Shown: positions 9,383 to 19,467, counted from the first letter of the stretch. The stretch is DNA of 64,000 nt from Minisyncoccota bacterium (GCA_035548655.1 DASZSN010000019.1:15245-79244); one strand, 5' to 3'. Numbers and translations: made by a program. The notes: a model not told the origin generated them from the letters alone.

Positions 9383-9928
9383 ATGAATCTCTATCACGAC
9401 ATCTCCCTCGGAGACAATGCACCACAAGAATTTAACTGCGTTGTCGAAATCCCAAAGGGCTCTCACAACAAATACGAAATCGACAAGGCGACCGGACTCA
9501 TCGCACTTGATCGCGCAAACTACAACGCGGCGCCGTACCCATTTGATTATGCGTTTGCACCGCAAACGCTTTGGGATGATGGTGATGCGCTTGATGTCGT
9601 CATTCTCTCCACATGGCCACTGGCGGTTGGTGTGATGGTAACTGTGCGTCCGGTAGCGATTATCAATATGGTAGACGCGGGAGAAAGCGATGCAAAAATC
9701 ATCGCGGTTCCCGTAGGTGACCGACGCTTTGAACATATCCACGACCTCGCAGATCTCAACAAACACAACATAAAAGAGTTCACGCACTTTTTTGAAACCT
9801 ACAAACTCCTCAAATCCGACGACCCGCACAAATACCCGGTCGTTATCAACGGTGTGGACGGCAAAGAAAAAGCCATCGAGGCGATAAAAAAATCAATCAC
9901 GCTCTATCAACAAAAGTTCGGGAAATAG
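9383..9928 (+). CDS. ppa: Inorganic pyrophosphatase
   Basis: Classic family I PPase motifs: EIPKGSHNKYE and DGDALDVVIL. Confidence 0.9.
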   Translation: MNLYHDISLGDNAPQEFNCVVEIPKGSHNKYEIDKATGLIALDRANYNAAPYPFDYAFAPQTLWDDGDALDVVILSTWPLAVGVMVTVRPVAIINMVDAGESDAKIIAVPVGDRRFEHIHDLADLNKHNIKEFTHFFETYKLLKSDDPHKYPVVINGVDGKEKAIEAIKKSITLYQQKFGK

Positions 9929-9986
9929 ATCTTTTTTCGGTCATTTCTTGTAATGGAGAAGGGTGACAATCGTCTCTTTTTATGCT

Positions 9987-10520
9987 AGAATGCGCAAACG
10001 TATGAAAAATATCTTGAAATATATGTTTATTTTGACCGTTGCCGCCAGCGTGCCGTTTTTTGGCGTCCACGCTCAAGACGACCTCGCCACCAACCCGGCG
10101 ACCCCGGCAGTTGAAGGAGCGACCACCACGAACGAGGACATCAATCTCCAGGATCTCAAAAACCAGCCGCTTGAGGTTCGCCGCCAGGTAATCTCACAGG
10201 AGCTTTCCGATATTCTCACTCGCCTCAATGTCATTTATGACAAAACAAAAGCGGCGCTCGATCGCCTCACACAAAACGGTATCGACACCAGCGGCGCTCA
10301 AAAAGAGCTCCTCGTCGCCGCCGACGCGCTCACTACCGCGCAGACAAACATCAACGTTTTTTCCGACACGAGTGTTTCGTTTGAACCGACGGAAAAAACT
10401 CCAACGCCACTTCGTGATGCGGTCATCCAGGTAGAAGCGAATCTTCGTGACGCACGAGAGGCGATTTTGCAGACACTCCTTTCTCTCAAAACCGCGATCG
10501 ACGCATCCGCGCAACAGTAA
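9987..10520 (+). CDS. Secreted hypothetical protein
   Basis: Signal peptide MKNILKYMFILTVAASVPFFGVHA; the mature part is helical, Ala/Thr-rich and acidic. Confidence 0.4.
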   Translation, partial: RMRKRMKNILKYMFILTVAASVPFFGVHAQDDLATNPATPAVEGATTTNEDINLQDLKNQPLEVRRQVISQELSDILTRLNVIYDKTKAALDRLTQNGIDTSGAQKELLVAADALTTAQTNINVFSDTSVSFEPTEKTPTPLRDAVIQVEANLRDAREAILQTLLSLKTAIDASAQQ

Positions 10521-10528
10521 GCACCACT

Positions 10529-10765
10529 ATGGGCAATCGCGCTACATCCACCAATCACACTCCTTGGATAGTGATTGGTGTTTTGATTGTTGTTATCCTC
10601 GCCGGATTTCTCTGGATGAACGAGCGAAAGCAAAGTACACACACCGTCGACTCTTCACTCGGCGCCGCGCCATCATTGAACAATGAGACAACCACCGATG
10701 ACATTACCGCACTCGAAGCAAGTGCAGTAAACATCGCGATTCCCTCTTTTGAAAAAGCACTGTAA
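10529..10765 (+). CDS. Small single-pass membrane protein (78 aa)
   Basis: One TM segment, WIVIGVLIVVILAGFLW. Confidence 0.3.
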   Translation: MGNRATSTNHTPWIVIGVLIVVILAGFLWMNERKQSTHTVDSSLGAAPSLNNETTTDDITALEASAVNIAIPSFEKAL

Positions 10766-10817
10766 TCAAAAAATGGCATCATCGCTCACTGTGTGTTAGA
10801 CTGCGCCCACTACACAT

Positions 10818-11852
10818 ATGGCAAAAGACTACACTGTAACTGTAACGCCACTCCCCGATCAAGGGGCAGTTGAAATCAAAGGAGAAATTCCTTGGGATAT
10901 TTTTTTGGCATTTGAGAAAAAATCATTCGATCGCCTCGCCGCACATCTCGAACTTGACGGTTTTCGCAAAGGGCATGTTCCGGAGGACATCGCAAAGAAA
11001 CACCTCGGCGACGAACTCATCCTCTCCGATATGGCAGAGCTCGCGATCCAAGAGCTGTATCCAACAATCCTCGAAGATGAAAAAATAGACGCGATCGGCC
11101 GTCCGTTTCTCTCCATTACCAAGCTCGCTCGCGGCAACGCACTCGGATTTAGCATAAAAACCGACGTTCTCCCCGCAATCACACTCCCCGACTACCGAAA
11201 GATCGCCGTCGCAGTTCCAAACGAACCGGTAAAAGAAGTGACGGAAGCCGATGTCGACAAAGTGATTGAAGATTTGCGACAGCTTCGCGCCTACGGACAC
11301 GTCCACGGAGAACATGACGAACATCAACACACCGAACCGCTCCCTGAAGTGACGGACGAATTCGCACAATCATTTGGTGAATTCAAAACGGTCGCCGAGT
11401 TGCGAGCAAAAGTCATCGAAAACCTTTCAAAAGAAAATGAGCGCTCGGCAAAAGACAAGCGTCGTGTCGCTATTCTCGAAGCGATTATGGAAAAAACGCC
11501 AATCACCGTTCCCGCAATCATCATCGCTTCAGAGCAAGACAAAATCATCGCGCAGGTGGAGGCAGATCTCGCTCGAAGCGGACTCTCTTTTGATGAATAT
11601 CTTACCCACGCAAAGAAAACTCGCGAAGAACTTCGTGATGAAACGAAACCGGAGGCCGAAAAGCGCGCAAAAACACAACTTCTCATCAATGCAATCGCCA
11701 AGCATGCCGGCATTCACGCAACCGACCAGGAAGTCTCTGTTGAGACGGAGACCATTATGAAATCATTTCCGGATGCCGACAAAGCACGAACCGAAGCGTA
11801 TGCCGATATGATTATCACGAACGAAAAAGTACTTTCGATGCTTGAGAAATAA
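10818..11852 (+). CDS. tig: Trigger factor, short form (344 aa, apparently lacking the PPIase domain)
   Basis: N-terminal ribosome-binding signature GFRKGHVP. It is about 90 aa shorter than canonical trigger factors. Confidence 0.65.
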   Translation: MAKDYTVTVTPLPDQGAVEIKGEIPWDIFLAFEKKSFDRLAAHLELDGFRKGHVPEDIAKKHLGDELILSDMAELAIQELYPTILEDEKIDAIGRPFLSITKLARGNALGFSIKTDVLPAITLPDYRKIAVAVPNEPVKEVTEADVDKVIEDLRQLRAYGHVHGEHDEHQHTEPLPEVTDEFAQSFGEFKTVAELRAKVIENLSKENERSAKDKRRVAILEAIMEKTPITVPAIIIASEQDKIIAQVEADLARSGLSFDEYLTHAKKTREELRDETKPEAEKRAKTQLLINAIAKHAGIHATDQEVSVETETIMKSFPDADKARTEAYADMIITNEKVLSMLEK

Positions 11853-11865
11853 ACCTCCTATCTAA

Positions 11866-11893
11866 CAAAAAACGCCCTTCCGGGCGTTTTTTG
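11866..11893. terminator. Bidirectional Rho-independent terminator between tig and the convergent DksA-like gene
   Basis: AAAAAACGCCCTTCCGGGCGTTTTTT, with A and T runs on both sides. Confidence 0.7.
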
Positions 11894-11900
11894 TTAGATA

Positions 11901-12299
11901 CTACTTCTCTTCCATGTGTTTCTTGCACGTTCGCGCGGCAGGATTTGCGACAAGTCGTTCTTTCTCTATGGGGTGTGTCGGAGCGACCTCACAGGTGCCG
12001 TACGTACCCTGTTTTATCTTCTCAAGCGCGGTTTCGATATCGCTGAGGCGTTCTTGGAGTGTTGCTGTCATACTCGTACGTTCTTCAAAGTCTTCAAATC
12101 GGTCGGCGGCATCGTTATCATCGATTTCACCGACAAGATCCTGGTCGGGGATCGCCTCCCAGAGATTGGTATTTGTATTAAAACGCGCCATACCTGAAAG
12201 TTCCTCTTCGAGCAACTTTTTTTCCGCACTGAGCTTTTCTTCAAATGGTTTTGTATCAATCATTGCAGGTAATACTAGCATGACGAACAAAAAGCACAA
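11901..12299 (-). CDS. DksA/TraR-family C4 zinc-finger protein
   Basis: C-terminal GTYGTCEVAPTHPIEKERLVANPAARTCKKH carries a CxxC..CxxC finger typical of DksA/TraR. The true start is probably an internal Met (MLVLPAM or MIDTKPF). Confidence 0.5.
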   Translation of the reverse strand: MCFLFVMLVLPAMIDTKPFEEKLSAEKKLLEEELSGMARFNTNTNLWEAIPDQDLVGEIDDNDAADRFEDFEERTSMTATLQERLSDIETALEKIKQGTYGTCEVAPTHPIEKERLVANPAARTCKKHMEEK

Positions 12300-12319
12300 C
12301 CCTTTCTACACCCCATTTA

Positions 12320-13294
12320 TTATTGGCGAATGATTGCGTCGTAGATAGCCTTCAAAACGGATGGATCAGTCGTAATCACAATGATATTTTGCGAGACTTG
12401 GCCATAGAGAATAACCGGTGTTTGAGCCCCGGTGGCCGAATCTTCTTGGTTCAAGATCCGAACCGGGATGTTGTAGAGGTACTTTCCTTCAAAGCCGCCG
12501 CCGACTTGTGCTTGGTACGCCGCAAGGTCGATATTGAGCGCCTTATAAAAGAGCTGTACCATGGTCGGTTCCGCGATGAGAAATTCTTTCGACGCCGTTT
12601 CGATGTCTGGTACCGCAGTGATTATAAACGGTACGATCGATGTCCCGGTGTTCATCGCTCCCAGACGCATCGCTTCCATCACTCCTTCAAACGGCTCGCT
12701 CGGATTTGCCTCAATAAAATTGAAAAAGTCCGATGTCGAAAGTGGTGTGAGCGTCTGATTGTCAGTGACGATTGGGATGAGTACCGGCTTCCCTTCGGGA
12801 AGGGTCGTATCGGTTGTGAGCGTCTGTATAGTCGTTCGAATATCGGTGGTATGTACCACAACCGGATCCAAATTTTGAAACACTCCGACCGAGAGCGCTT
12901 TCTCCGCGGGAACCGTGAGTCCGCGATAGTACCAATACCCGTACGCGATGGCGCTGGTGGCAAGGATGACGAGGAGAATGGAAAAAATGCTAAGCCATTT
13001 GCGTTCACGTCGCTCTTTGCCGACTTCTTTTGCAATCATTTCTTTTTCACGCGCTGTTTCAAGAAGCTCTTGCACAACAGAAGCATCCGTCGCGTTCATC
13101 GCGAGTGAAAAGTCGTCCTCGAATGTGTGTGATCGATGTGGCGGAACGGGAGGCGTTTGTGATGGAGATGGCGGAGGTGTCGACGGAGCCGGTGATGGAG
13201 GCACCGGAGTGGCTTGAGGTTCGGATGACAACGGGGTGGTGGGGGTCGGTACCGCTGACGGAGGTATTGTATTTTCTTTTTTTTCTTCTTCCAT
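12320..13294 (-). CDS. Pro-rich single-pass membrane protein
   Basis: N-terminal PTPTTPLSSEPQATPVPPSPAPSTPPPSPSQTPPVPP, then TM LSIFSILLVILATSAIAYGYW and an extracytoplasmic domain. Confidence 0.4.
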   Translation of the reverse strand: MEEEKKENTIPPSAVPTPTTPLSSEPQATPVPPSPAPSTPPPSPSQTPPVPPHRSHTFEDDFSLAMNATDASVVQELLETAREKEMIAKEVGKERRERKWLSIFSILLVILATSAIAYGYWYYRGLTVPAEKALSVGVFQNLDPVVVHTTDIRTTIQTLTTDTTLPEGKPVLIPIVTDNQTLTPLSTSDFFNFIEANPSEPFEGVMEAMRLGAMNTGTSIVPFIITAVPDIETASKEFLIAEPTMVQLFYKALNIDLAAYQAQVGGGFEGKYLYNIPVRILNQEDSATGAQTPVILYGQVSQNIIVITTDPSVLKAIYDAIIRQ

Positions 13295-13427
13295 CCCGTT
13301 AGCGACAGGATACGTTCGGGTACCCGTTGACTACCTTCTTTGTAAAAAGTTTTCCAATCATGTTCACTTCGGTAAGTATACCTTTTTGTGAAACAAAATC
13401 GCTACCGAGATCGATCGTTGATGGTGA

Positions 13428-13934
13428 TTAGTATCCCAAAAGATATTTTTTCGGTGTCGTTGAGAGGTCAAAAAAATCGTCCGCCACTTCCTTGAGCGCC
13501 ATGGATGCCGATTTGCCGAACGTGGCAACTTCGACTTGCACACCGTGATGGTATTTCAAAAATTCGCACAACGGTACAAAATCGCCGTCGCCGCTGATGA
13601 TGATGATTGCATCGAGCTTCGGTGCCATAGAAACGGCATCGATCGCAAGTCCGATGTCCCAGTCTGCTTTTTTACTGCCATCAAAAAATATTTGCAGATC
13701 TTTGACTTTGGTTTCGATGCCACCCTTGGTGAGCGCGCCCAAAAATGCTTTTTCGTCTTCGCTCTCCGTTGTAATCGCATAGGCAATCGCGCGGATGAGC
13801 TTGCGCCCCGCGAGGGTGTCTTTGACGACGTTCGCGAAGTTCACTTTTCGTTTATAAAGATTTTTTGCCGTGTGATAGAGGTTTTGCGTGTCGATAAAAA
13901 TGCCGACGCGCTGGTCTTTTTGTTTGATAATCAT
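13428..13934 (-). CDS. NYN/LabA-like (PIN-fold) domain protein
   Basis: VGIFIDTQNLY near the N-terminus and an IIISGDGDF acidic motif, consistent with the NYN/LabA family. Confidence 0.65.
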   Translation of the reverse strand: MIIKQKDQRVGIFIDTQNLYHTAKNLYKRKVNFANVVKDTLAGRKLIRAIAYAITTESEDEKAFLGALTKGGIETKVKDLQIFFDGSKKADWDIGLAIDAVSMAPKLDAIIIISGDGDFVPLCEFLKYHHGVQVEVATFGKSASMALKEVADDFFDLSTTPKKYLLGY

Positions 13935-14028
13935 AGGGGTAAGTATACCGCAGAGCGTTGTTTAGAAAAATACGCGGTGAGGTGGTATGAAAAAACAAAT
14001 CTCCGCTAAGAGCGGGACTTGCAATTGG

Positions 14029-14289
14029 TTATTCTTTGATAATTTTGAGGGCTTCTTTGTGCTGTGTCGGATTTTTCTTTTCGAGCACTTTGAGGTGACC
14101 TCGGCGATGCGCCACCATTTTGATCAATCCCCGGCGCGAGTGGTTGTCCTTTTTGTGGTGTTTCAAATGGTCAGCAAGACGATCAATCTGCTCGGTGAGC
14201 ATGGCAACCTGCAACTTCTGCGAGCCGGTGTCGGTCGGATGCATTTGGTATTTCTTGATGATAGTCTGCTTTTTCTTGGTGGTAAGCAT
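14029..14289 (-). CDS. rpsO: 30S ribosomal protein S15
   Basis: TGSQKLQVAMLTEQIDRLADHLKHHKKDNHSRRGLIKMVAHRR matches conserved S15 helices. The start is taken at the MLTTKKK Met at 14289; the track ORF extends upstream. Confidence 0.8.
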   Translation of the reverse strand: MLTTKKKQTIIKKYQMHPTDTGSQKLQVAMLTEQIDRLADHLKHHKKDNHSRRGLIKMVAHRRGHLKVLEKKNPTQHKEALKIIKE

Positions 14290-14452
14290 GAGCGCATTGT
14301 AATACATGTTGGAGAAAAAAGCAAGTCCGCATACATATCGCGTTGTTGATAGCATCATGAAATCATTTGTTTCAAATGCGTGACGCGCAGACAAATACGC
14401 GGGCGACATTCGAACGTCGCACAATATTTTTTACGGTATATACTTATTCCCG

Positions 14453-15367
14453 ATGACCGTAACCGACGCCAAGCGACAATTCCTCGAATACATGGAAATC
14501 GAAAAAGGACGCAGTCTGCGCACCATCGAAAACTACGACCACTACCTCACTCGTTTTATGAACGAGATGAATATAAAAAACACCGGCGACATCGACGAGA
14601 ATGCAATTCGAGAGTTTCGCCTCAAACTCAACCGCTCCTCCGGCGTCTTTGTCAAAGGCCAGTCGCGCGCAACGATGAAAAAGAATACGCAAAATTATTA
14701 TATGATTGCGATCCGATCGTTTCTCAAATATCTGCGCAAGCGCAACATCGAGGCGCTCACGCCGGATGCCATCGAGCTTGCAAAAGTCGGCGCACGCGAC
14801 CTCACCCTCATCTCGATTGATGAACTCAAACGCCTTCTCGAAGCACCAAGCGGCGACGAGCAAAAGTCGCTTCGCGACCGCGCGATCCTCGAGCTTTTTT
14901 TCTCGACCGGACTTCGCCTCTCCGAACTCTGCTCACTCAATCGCGACCTCGATCTTTCAAAGGATGAATTTTCCATCCGCGGCAAAGGCGAAAAAGTACG
15001 CGTCGTGTTTCTCTCCCCCGATGCAAAGGCCGCAATAAAAAAATATTTGGACAAGCGCGCGGATATGGATGAAGCGCTCTTTATCGACATCGCAAAAAAT
15101 GGCACTACCCGCGACTCCCGCCGACTCACTCCCCGCTCGATCGAACGCATCGTCAAACACTACGCGACGAAAGCCGGCATTTCAAAAAAGGTGACCCCGC
15201 ATGTTCTTCGCCACTCGTTTGCCACCGACCTTCTCTCAAACGGCGCCGATATCCGCAGTGTCCAAATGATGCTCGGGCATGCCAACATCGCCACCACACA
15301 GGTATACACCCACGTCACCGACCGCCAACTCCGCGAAATCCATAAGAAATATCACTCGAAAAAATAA
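14453..15367 (+). CDS. Tyrosine recombinase, XerC/XerD family
   Basis: Catalytic-domain motifs LRHSFATDLL and HANIATTQVYTHV, plus an N-terminal core-binding domain. Confidence 0.85.
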   Translation: MTVTDAKRQFLEYMEIEKGRSLRTIENYDHYLTRFMNEMNIKNTGDIDENAIREFRLKLNRSSGVFVKGQSRATMKKNTQNYYMIAIRSFLKYLRKRNIEALTPDAIELAKVGARDLTLISIDELKRLLEAPSGDEQKSLRDRAILELFFSTGLRLSELCSLNRDLDLSKDEFSIRGKGEKVRVVFLSPDAKAAIKKYLDKRADMDEALFIDIAKNGTTRDSRRLTPRSIERIVKHYATKAGISKKVTPHVLRHSFATDLLSNGADIRSVQMMLGHANIATTQVYTHVTDRQLREIHKKYHSKK

Positions 15368-15371
15368 AGCG

Positions 15372-15644
15372 TTAGACTAACTCAGCCTCGCCTGTAATGA
15401 TCTTGCGACATTCATCAATGCTCTTGTTTTGACACTGTGAAATAGTTTCTGGCTTTTCCCTCTGAAACTGCGCAAATGCATTTTTTGCATCCTGAACTTC
15501 ATCTGGAGAAATGACAAGCGCATCAGGGTTGTCCAAAAATGCCATCCATAATGGCTGACCATTCGCCATTACTGTTTCATCTACAGATTCCGGACGATCT
15601 TCTGCCTGTGGACCGACTATATTTTCCAAATCATTATTATCCAT
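15372..15644 (-). CDS. Hypothetical acidic protein (90 aa)
   Basis: ORF only. Confidence 0.3.
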   Translation of the reverse strand: MDNNDLENIVGPQAEDRPESVDETVMANGQPLWMAFLDNPDALVISPDEVQDAKNAFAQFQREKPETISQCQNKSIDECRKIITGEAELV

Positions 15645-15684
15645 ATGCAGTATTGAAGCACATGTGGAATTATTATGCTAGTTA

Positions 15685-15716
15685 AAAATAAAAACCGCCT
15701 TTTGAGAGGCGGAATT
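15685..15716 (-). terminator. Rho-independent terminator for lipoprotein gene 15733-16482
   Basis: CCGCCT..AGGCGG hairpin, followed on the minus strand by TTTTTATTTTT. Confidence 0.55.
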
Positions 15717-15732
15717 TTAGTGAAAGATCTTT

Positions 15733-16482
15733 TTATTTTTTTGCATACGTGACGGCGCCATTGTGTGTATACGTCATATTTCCAAGATCAAAATGATCTC
15801 CTTCATTTACCCTTACGGTAACCTGGACATTATCCAGATTGTTTTCCATTTCTCTTGCTTCTTTTGGAGTAACCGACGGTCCACTCCACCCCTGACCCTT
15901 GTACAGAGGAATGTCGAAACATTCGGCTAACCAAATTGCGGTTTGGTAATCGACGTAATAATTGATCCCTTTGTTTTTTTCAATCGTGAAAGATGGATAG
16001 TACGTTCCTATGACGTCATTGTTCTTTCCTTTAAGGGAAAAAACTCCATTAAAACATTGAACAAACGCTACGACACTGTCGCCAAAGCATTTTCCACCCT
16101 TAACAACTGCGTACAACTGATCTTCATAGGTGCCGTCATACTTTTCACCATCGCCAGATGAAACACCTTTTGCAGTACCAGAACCAAACATGTAGGTGAT
16201 TGATTTTATTTCACAATCAAGACCGTTTTCACGAAGCGTTGATACCAAAGATGCGTTGAGGTGTGGGAGCACATCATCAATTCTTTGCCGACGTTGTTCT
16301 GGTGTCAGCGGTTTAAGAGAGGCAATAAATTCTTTCCTCCATGTAATGTCATGGACATCGAATGGCTGAACACCATTCACGACATCCACCTTGTTGGCGT
16401 CGGCATTCGAACAGGATGAAAAATGAAAGCTCATGGTTAATGCTGTAATCAGCACCAAGCAGAAAAAAGATAACTTTTTCAT
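15733..16482 (-). CDS. Putative lipoprotein (249 aa)
   Basis: Signal peptide MKKLSFFCLVLITALTMSFHFSSC with a lipobox Cys. Confidence 0.45.
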   Translation of the reverse strand: MKKLSFFCLVLITALTMSFHFSSCSNADANKVDVVNGVQPFDVHDITWRKEFIASLKPLTPEQRRQRIDDVLPHLNASLVSTLRENGLDCEIKSITYMFGSGTAKGVSSGDGEKYDGTYEDQLYAVVKGGKCFGDSVVAFVQCFNGVFSLKGKNNDVIGTYYPSFTIEKNKGINYYVDYQTAIWLAECFDIPLYKGQGWSGPSVTPKEAREMENNLDNVQVTVRVNEGDHFDLGNMTYTHNGAVTYAKK

Positions 16483-16556
16483 TATTATGTGGTTTTTAAA
16501 TTTGCCCTTATATTACATAGCTTTATTTATATGTCAATATCTCCTACGAGGAGGGA

Positions 16557-16585
16557 TTGACAAGTTAATCTTAATATGCTACAAT
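16557..16585 (+). promoter_or_regulatory. Consensus sigma70 promoter (TTGACA - 17 bp - TACAAT)
   Basis: TTGACA at 16557-16562 and TACAAT at 16580-16585, upstream of gene 16659. Confidence 0.55.
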
Positions 16586-16658
16586 ACATCTAGTAAGGTC
16601 AATTCTGCTCGTACCTGCACACTGCGAAATCGAGCAAGTTCATTTAAATAAAATTAAA

Positions 16659-17249
16659 GTGAAAAAAATATTATACGCGGCTATTGCCGTTATCATCGTT
16701 GTTTTCTCATCATGCTCACACAGAAGTTCTAATATTGTTGTACCGGTATCATTCGATACGGCTATCAATGTAACAAAAGTAACAGTAAGAACATCCCCCC
16801 GATACGCCTGCGCAACGGGAAAAAGGTTGCCGCAAGATCGCCTTGATGGAGTTGACTCTACAACGATACAGCAACAAATTCACTCAAACAAAAATGTTTT
16901 AGTGAGCTCTTCTGATAATGCAAGAAATGCTATCGGAAGTGATTGTGGTTGCTATGTATGCGGATTACCTTGGTGGCTTGCTTCACTGATTGGACTGATC
17001 TTGTTAGTGCTTCTAATCGGGTTAATTGCAAAATTAATTAACGATAGTAAACATCATCGCACTTACAGTAACCATAGTTCATCTACTGTGACCCAGTACA
17101 ACAATGGGTCTCGCATCAGCGAACTCACTGAATTGGTAAACGCAATGGGAATCCATAGTGCGAACAAAAATTCATATCTGCGCTACAGAACGCAAGAGAT
17201 GAAATTGAAAATTGCACTTGGAGATGAATCGGTTGCAAAGGTAAACTAA
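16659..17249 (+). CDS. Lipoprotein/membrane protein (196 aa); GTG start
   Basis: MKKILYAAIAVIIVVFSSCS lipobox and an internal TM, WWLASLIGLILLVLLIGLIAKLI. Confidence 0.4.
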   Translation: MKKILYAAIAVIIVVFSSCSHRSSNIVVPVSFDTAINVTKVTVRTSPRYACATGKRLPQDRLDGVDSTTIQQQIHSNKNVLVSSSDNARNAIGSDCGCYVCGLPWWLASLIGLILLVLLIGLIAKLINDSKHHRTYSNHSSSTVTQYNNGSRISELTELVNAMGIHSANKNSYLRYRTQEMKLKIALGDESVAKVN

Positions 17250-17271
17250 TTTCACTTTAATCCGTACTGCA

Positions 17272-17299
17272 AGAGCTCCGTTTCCGGGGCTCTTTTTTA
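17272..17299 (+). terminator. Rho-independent terminator after 16659-17249
   Basis: GAGCTCCG..CGGGGCTC hairpin followed by TTTTTT. Confidence 0.5.
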
Positions 17300-17300
17300 T

Positions 17301-17328
17301 TTGACAAAAGTGCTCAGTTTGACATAAT
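17301..17328 (+). promoter_or_regulatory. Sigma70-like promoter (TTGACA - 16 bp - CATAAT)
   Basis: TTGACA at 17301-17306 and CATAAT at 17323-17328. A second, similar ATTTGACAAAAG element lies at 17611-17642 upstream of the next small gene. Confidence 0.45.
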
Positions 17329-17356
17329 CGAAACCTAAACACTTCAATCGTTCTTT

Positions 17357-17563
17357 ATGAAAATCATTAAAGATAATATTTCACTTTCGGGGCTACTTAT
17401 GGCCGTTTTGTTTATTTTTTTATTTGGATTGCAGATAAATCCGTCCGACGCAACAGATGACTACTTCGATAATACTCCGTTAAAAAAAGTATCGAGGGGA
17501 AAAATAAAAGACGACAGTGATACCCTGAACGTGCCGCTTCAAAAAGTGGTAGAAAAGAGATGA
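17357..17563 (+). CDS. Small secreted/membrane peptide (68 aa)
   Basis: Hydrophobic N-terminus LSGLLMAVLFIFLFGL with a dedicated promoter and terminator. Confidence 0.3.
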   Translation: MKIIKDNISLSGLLMAVLFIFLFGLQINPSDATDDYFDNTPLKKVSRGKIKDDSDTLNVPLQKVVEKR

Positions 17564-17572
17564 TATCAAAAG

Positions 17573-17594
17573 GAGCTTCGGCTCTTTTTTATTT
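17573..17594 (+). terminator. Rho-independent terminator (GAGC TTCG GCTC + T6)
   Basis: Hairpin and T-run immediately after the stop of the 68-aa ORF. Confidence 0.6.
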
Positions 17595-17659
17595 TCCTGA
17601 CATCATAAAAATTTGACAAAAGAATATTTTTCTGTTTAAATAAAGAAAATCAACACAAC

Positions 17660-17962
17660 ATGTTTTATTTAGAAAACTTGCATAAAAAGTCCCCTAACAA
17701 GAGACTTCTGAACTGGACTTACTTTGCAACATTTGTGACAAAGCAGGACATGGCAAAGATCCATTGTAACGCAGGTTCTATAAAGCAACTTGCGGATCAA
17801 ATAACCGAGGAGTGTAGGAAAAAGGGAATTTCCCCCGCAGAATTCAAGGCAGATCTTCCGGAAAAAGGAAGTATCGATACGAGCAACCACTCATACCCTG
17901 TCACACGAGGTCTCTCTGAAGGAGATATTCGGCAGTTGCTCATGTTTTTGTGCGGCATGTAA
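17660..17962 (+). CDS. Hypothetical protein (100 aa)
   Basis: ORF only, in an AT-rich region. Confidence 0.25.
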   Translation: MFYLENLHKKSPNKRLLNWTYFATFVTKQDMAKIHCNAGSIKQLADQITEECRKKGISPAEFKADLPEKGSIDTSNHSYPVTRGLSEGDIRQLLMFLCGM

Positions 17963-18033
17963 AATTTTTTTCGGTATCCCCGTTGTGGTGATGCCGATTT
18001 TTTATTTATCGATTTGATTGCTATTATGATGCC

Positions 18034-18834
18034 ATGCGTATCATCTCTTGGAACGTCAATGGCATTCGCGCAGTCCATAAAAAAGGGCTTTTGGTTCCGT
18101 TTGTCAAAAAGTACGCCCCCGATATTGTATGCCTCCAAGAAACCAAAGCCGAACAGCACCAAAGCGAAGTTGATCTGCCACAGTACGAGGAATATTGGAA
18201 TGCATCGACCACCCGCAAGGGTTACAGCGGCACCGCCATTTTTACAAAACAAACACCCCTCGCCGTTACGAACAACCTCCCTCACGACATCGCAAAAAAA
18301 TACAAACTCGAAGGCGACGGCTATGGCAACCCAAACGCCGAGGGACGCGTCATCGCCGCAGAATTTACATCATGTTTCGTCGTCACGGTGTACACGCCGA
18401 ACGCAAAAGACGACCTCACCCGTCTCGGTCTGCGCCATGCGCACTGGGACCCGGCGTTTTTGGAATACATGAAGCGACTCGCAGAAAAAAAGCCGGTCAT
18501 TTTTTGCGGCGACTTAAATGTTGCACACACGCCGGATGATCTCGCCCATCCCAAACAAAACGAGGGAAAGAAAGGATTTACCGATGAAGAGCGTGAGGGA
18601 ATCGACAGGATCGTCGGCGCGGGCTTTGTCGACACGTTTCGCCTCTTCACCAAAGGAAACGGGCACTATACCTGGTGGAGCCATTTCGCCAATGCTCGTG
18701 CGCGCAACGTCGGTTGGCGCATCGACTATATTTTCGTCAGCAAGAAACTCGCGTCAAACATCACCGCCGCAAAAATCTTGCCCGACGTGATGGGAAGCGA
18801 TCACTGTCCGGTAATGATTGAGATCAAAAATTGA
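18034..18834 (+). CDS. xth: Exodeoxyribonuclease III (AP endonuclease)
   Basis: ISWNVNGIRA N-terminus, the QETK motif and the C-terminal GSDHCPV motif of the ExoIII/APE1 family. Confidence 0.9.
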   Translation: MRIISWNVNGIRAVHKKGLLVPFVKKYAPDIVCLQETKAEQHQSEVDLPQYEEYWNASTTRKGYSGTAIFTKQTPLAVTNNLPHDIAKKYKLEGDGYGNPNAEGRVIAAEFTSCFVVTVYTPNAKDDLTRLGLRHAHWDPAFLEYMKRLAEKKPVIFCGDLNVAHTPDDLAHPKQNEGKKGFTDEEREGIDRIVGAGFVDTFRLFTKGNGHYTWWSHFANARARNVGWRIDYIFVSKKLASNITAAKILPDVMGSDHCPVMIEIKN

Positions 18835-18844
18835 AAAATAAAAA

Positions 18845-19453
18845 TTGCCGAGTATAATCGAAAAAACTGTATGCAGTATGTACAATATCGTTCGGATCAA
18901 GCCGGGAAACGCATATTGGGTTTGTAATTTTCAACTTGTGTTGGATAACCAATACAAACAAAGAACTCATCGAAGCCTCAATGAGAAACCACTCATAAGA
19001 TTACGAGCTGAGATCTACAGGTATGCGGCAGGACTTAAACTTTTGTTTGGAGCATTTGTACCAAGCAGTAATGAACTGATCGGTTATATCATCGGGTACC
19101 CTCCCAGTCTCGCTCTTGAGTATCGATATCGAGTGATTACAAGAGCAACATTGCCATCCCAAAAGAAATTTAAGGAAACCTACATCAATTTTCTTGAACT
19201 CTTGAGGGAAGATTATTTTTTGACAGTGAATGCATCATTCAAGGAGGGGGTGAACCAAAAAGATATAATGACGAATCTGTTGAAGAAATTAACTGAAGAA
19301 GCTAACAGGCAACAATTTACTGGCATCTTGTTTACAGCACAACGCCACGGAATGAAAACATTTTTGCCGGTTGTTAATTTCAATCTGATTGATACGGTAC
19401 AGTTCAAGACAAGCGAACCATTCACCAATATTTATTACAAATGTCTCTCTTAA
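18845..19453 (+). CDS. Hypothetical protein (202 aa), low-GC
   Basis: ORF only. Confidence 0.3.
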   Translation: MPSIIEKTVCSMYNIVRIKPGNAYWVCNFQLVLDNQYKQRTHRSLNEKPLIRLRAEIYRYAAGLKLLFGAFVPSSNELIGYIIGYPPSLALEYRYRVITRATLPSQKKFKETYINFLELLREDYFLTVNASFKEGVNQKDIMTNLLKKLTEEANRQQFTGILFTAQRHGMKTFLPVVNFNLIDTVQFKTSEPFTNIYYKCLS

Positions 19454-19467
19454 ATTCTCCACAAAAC

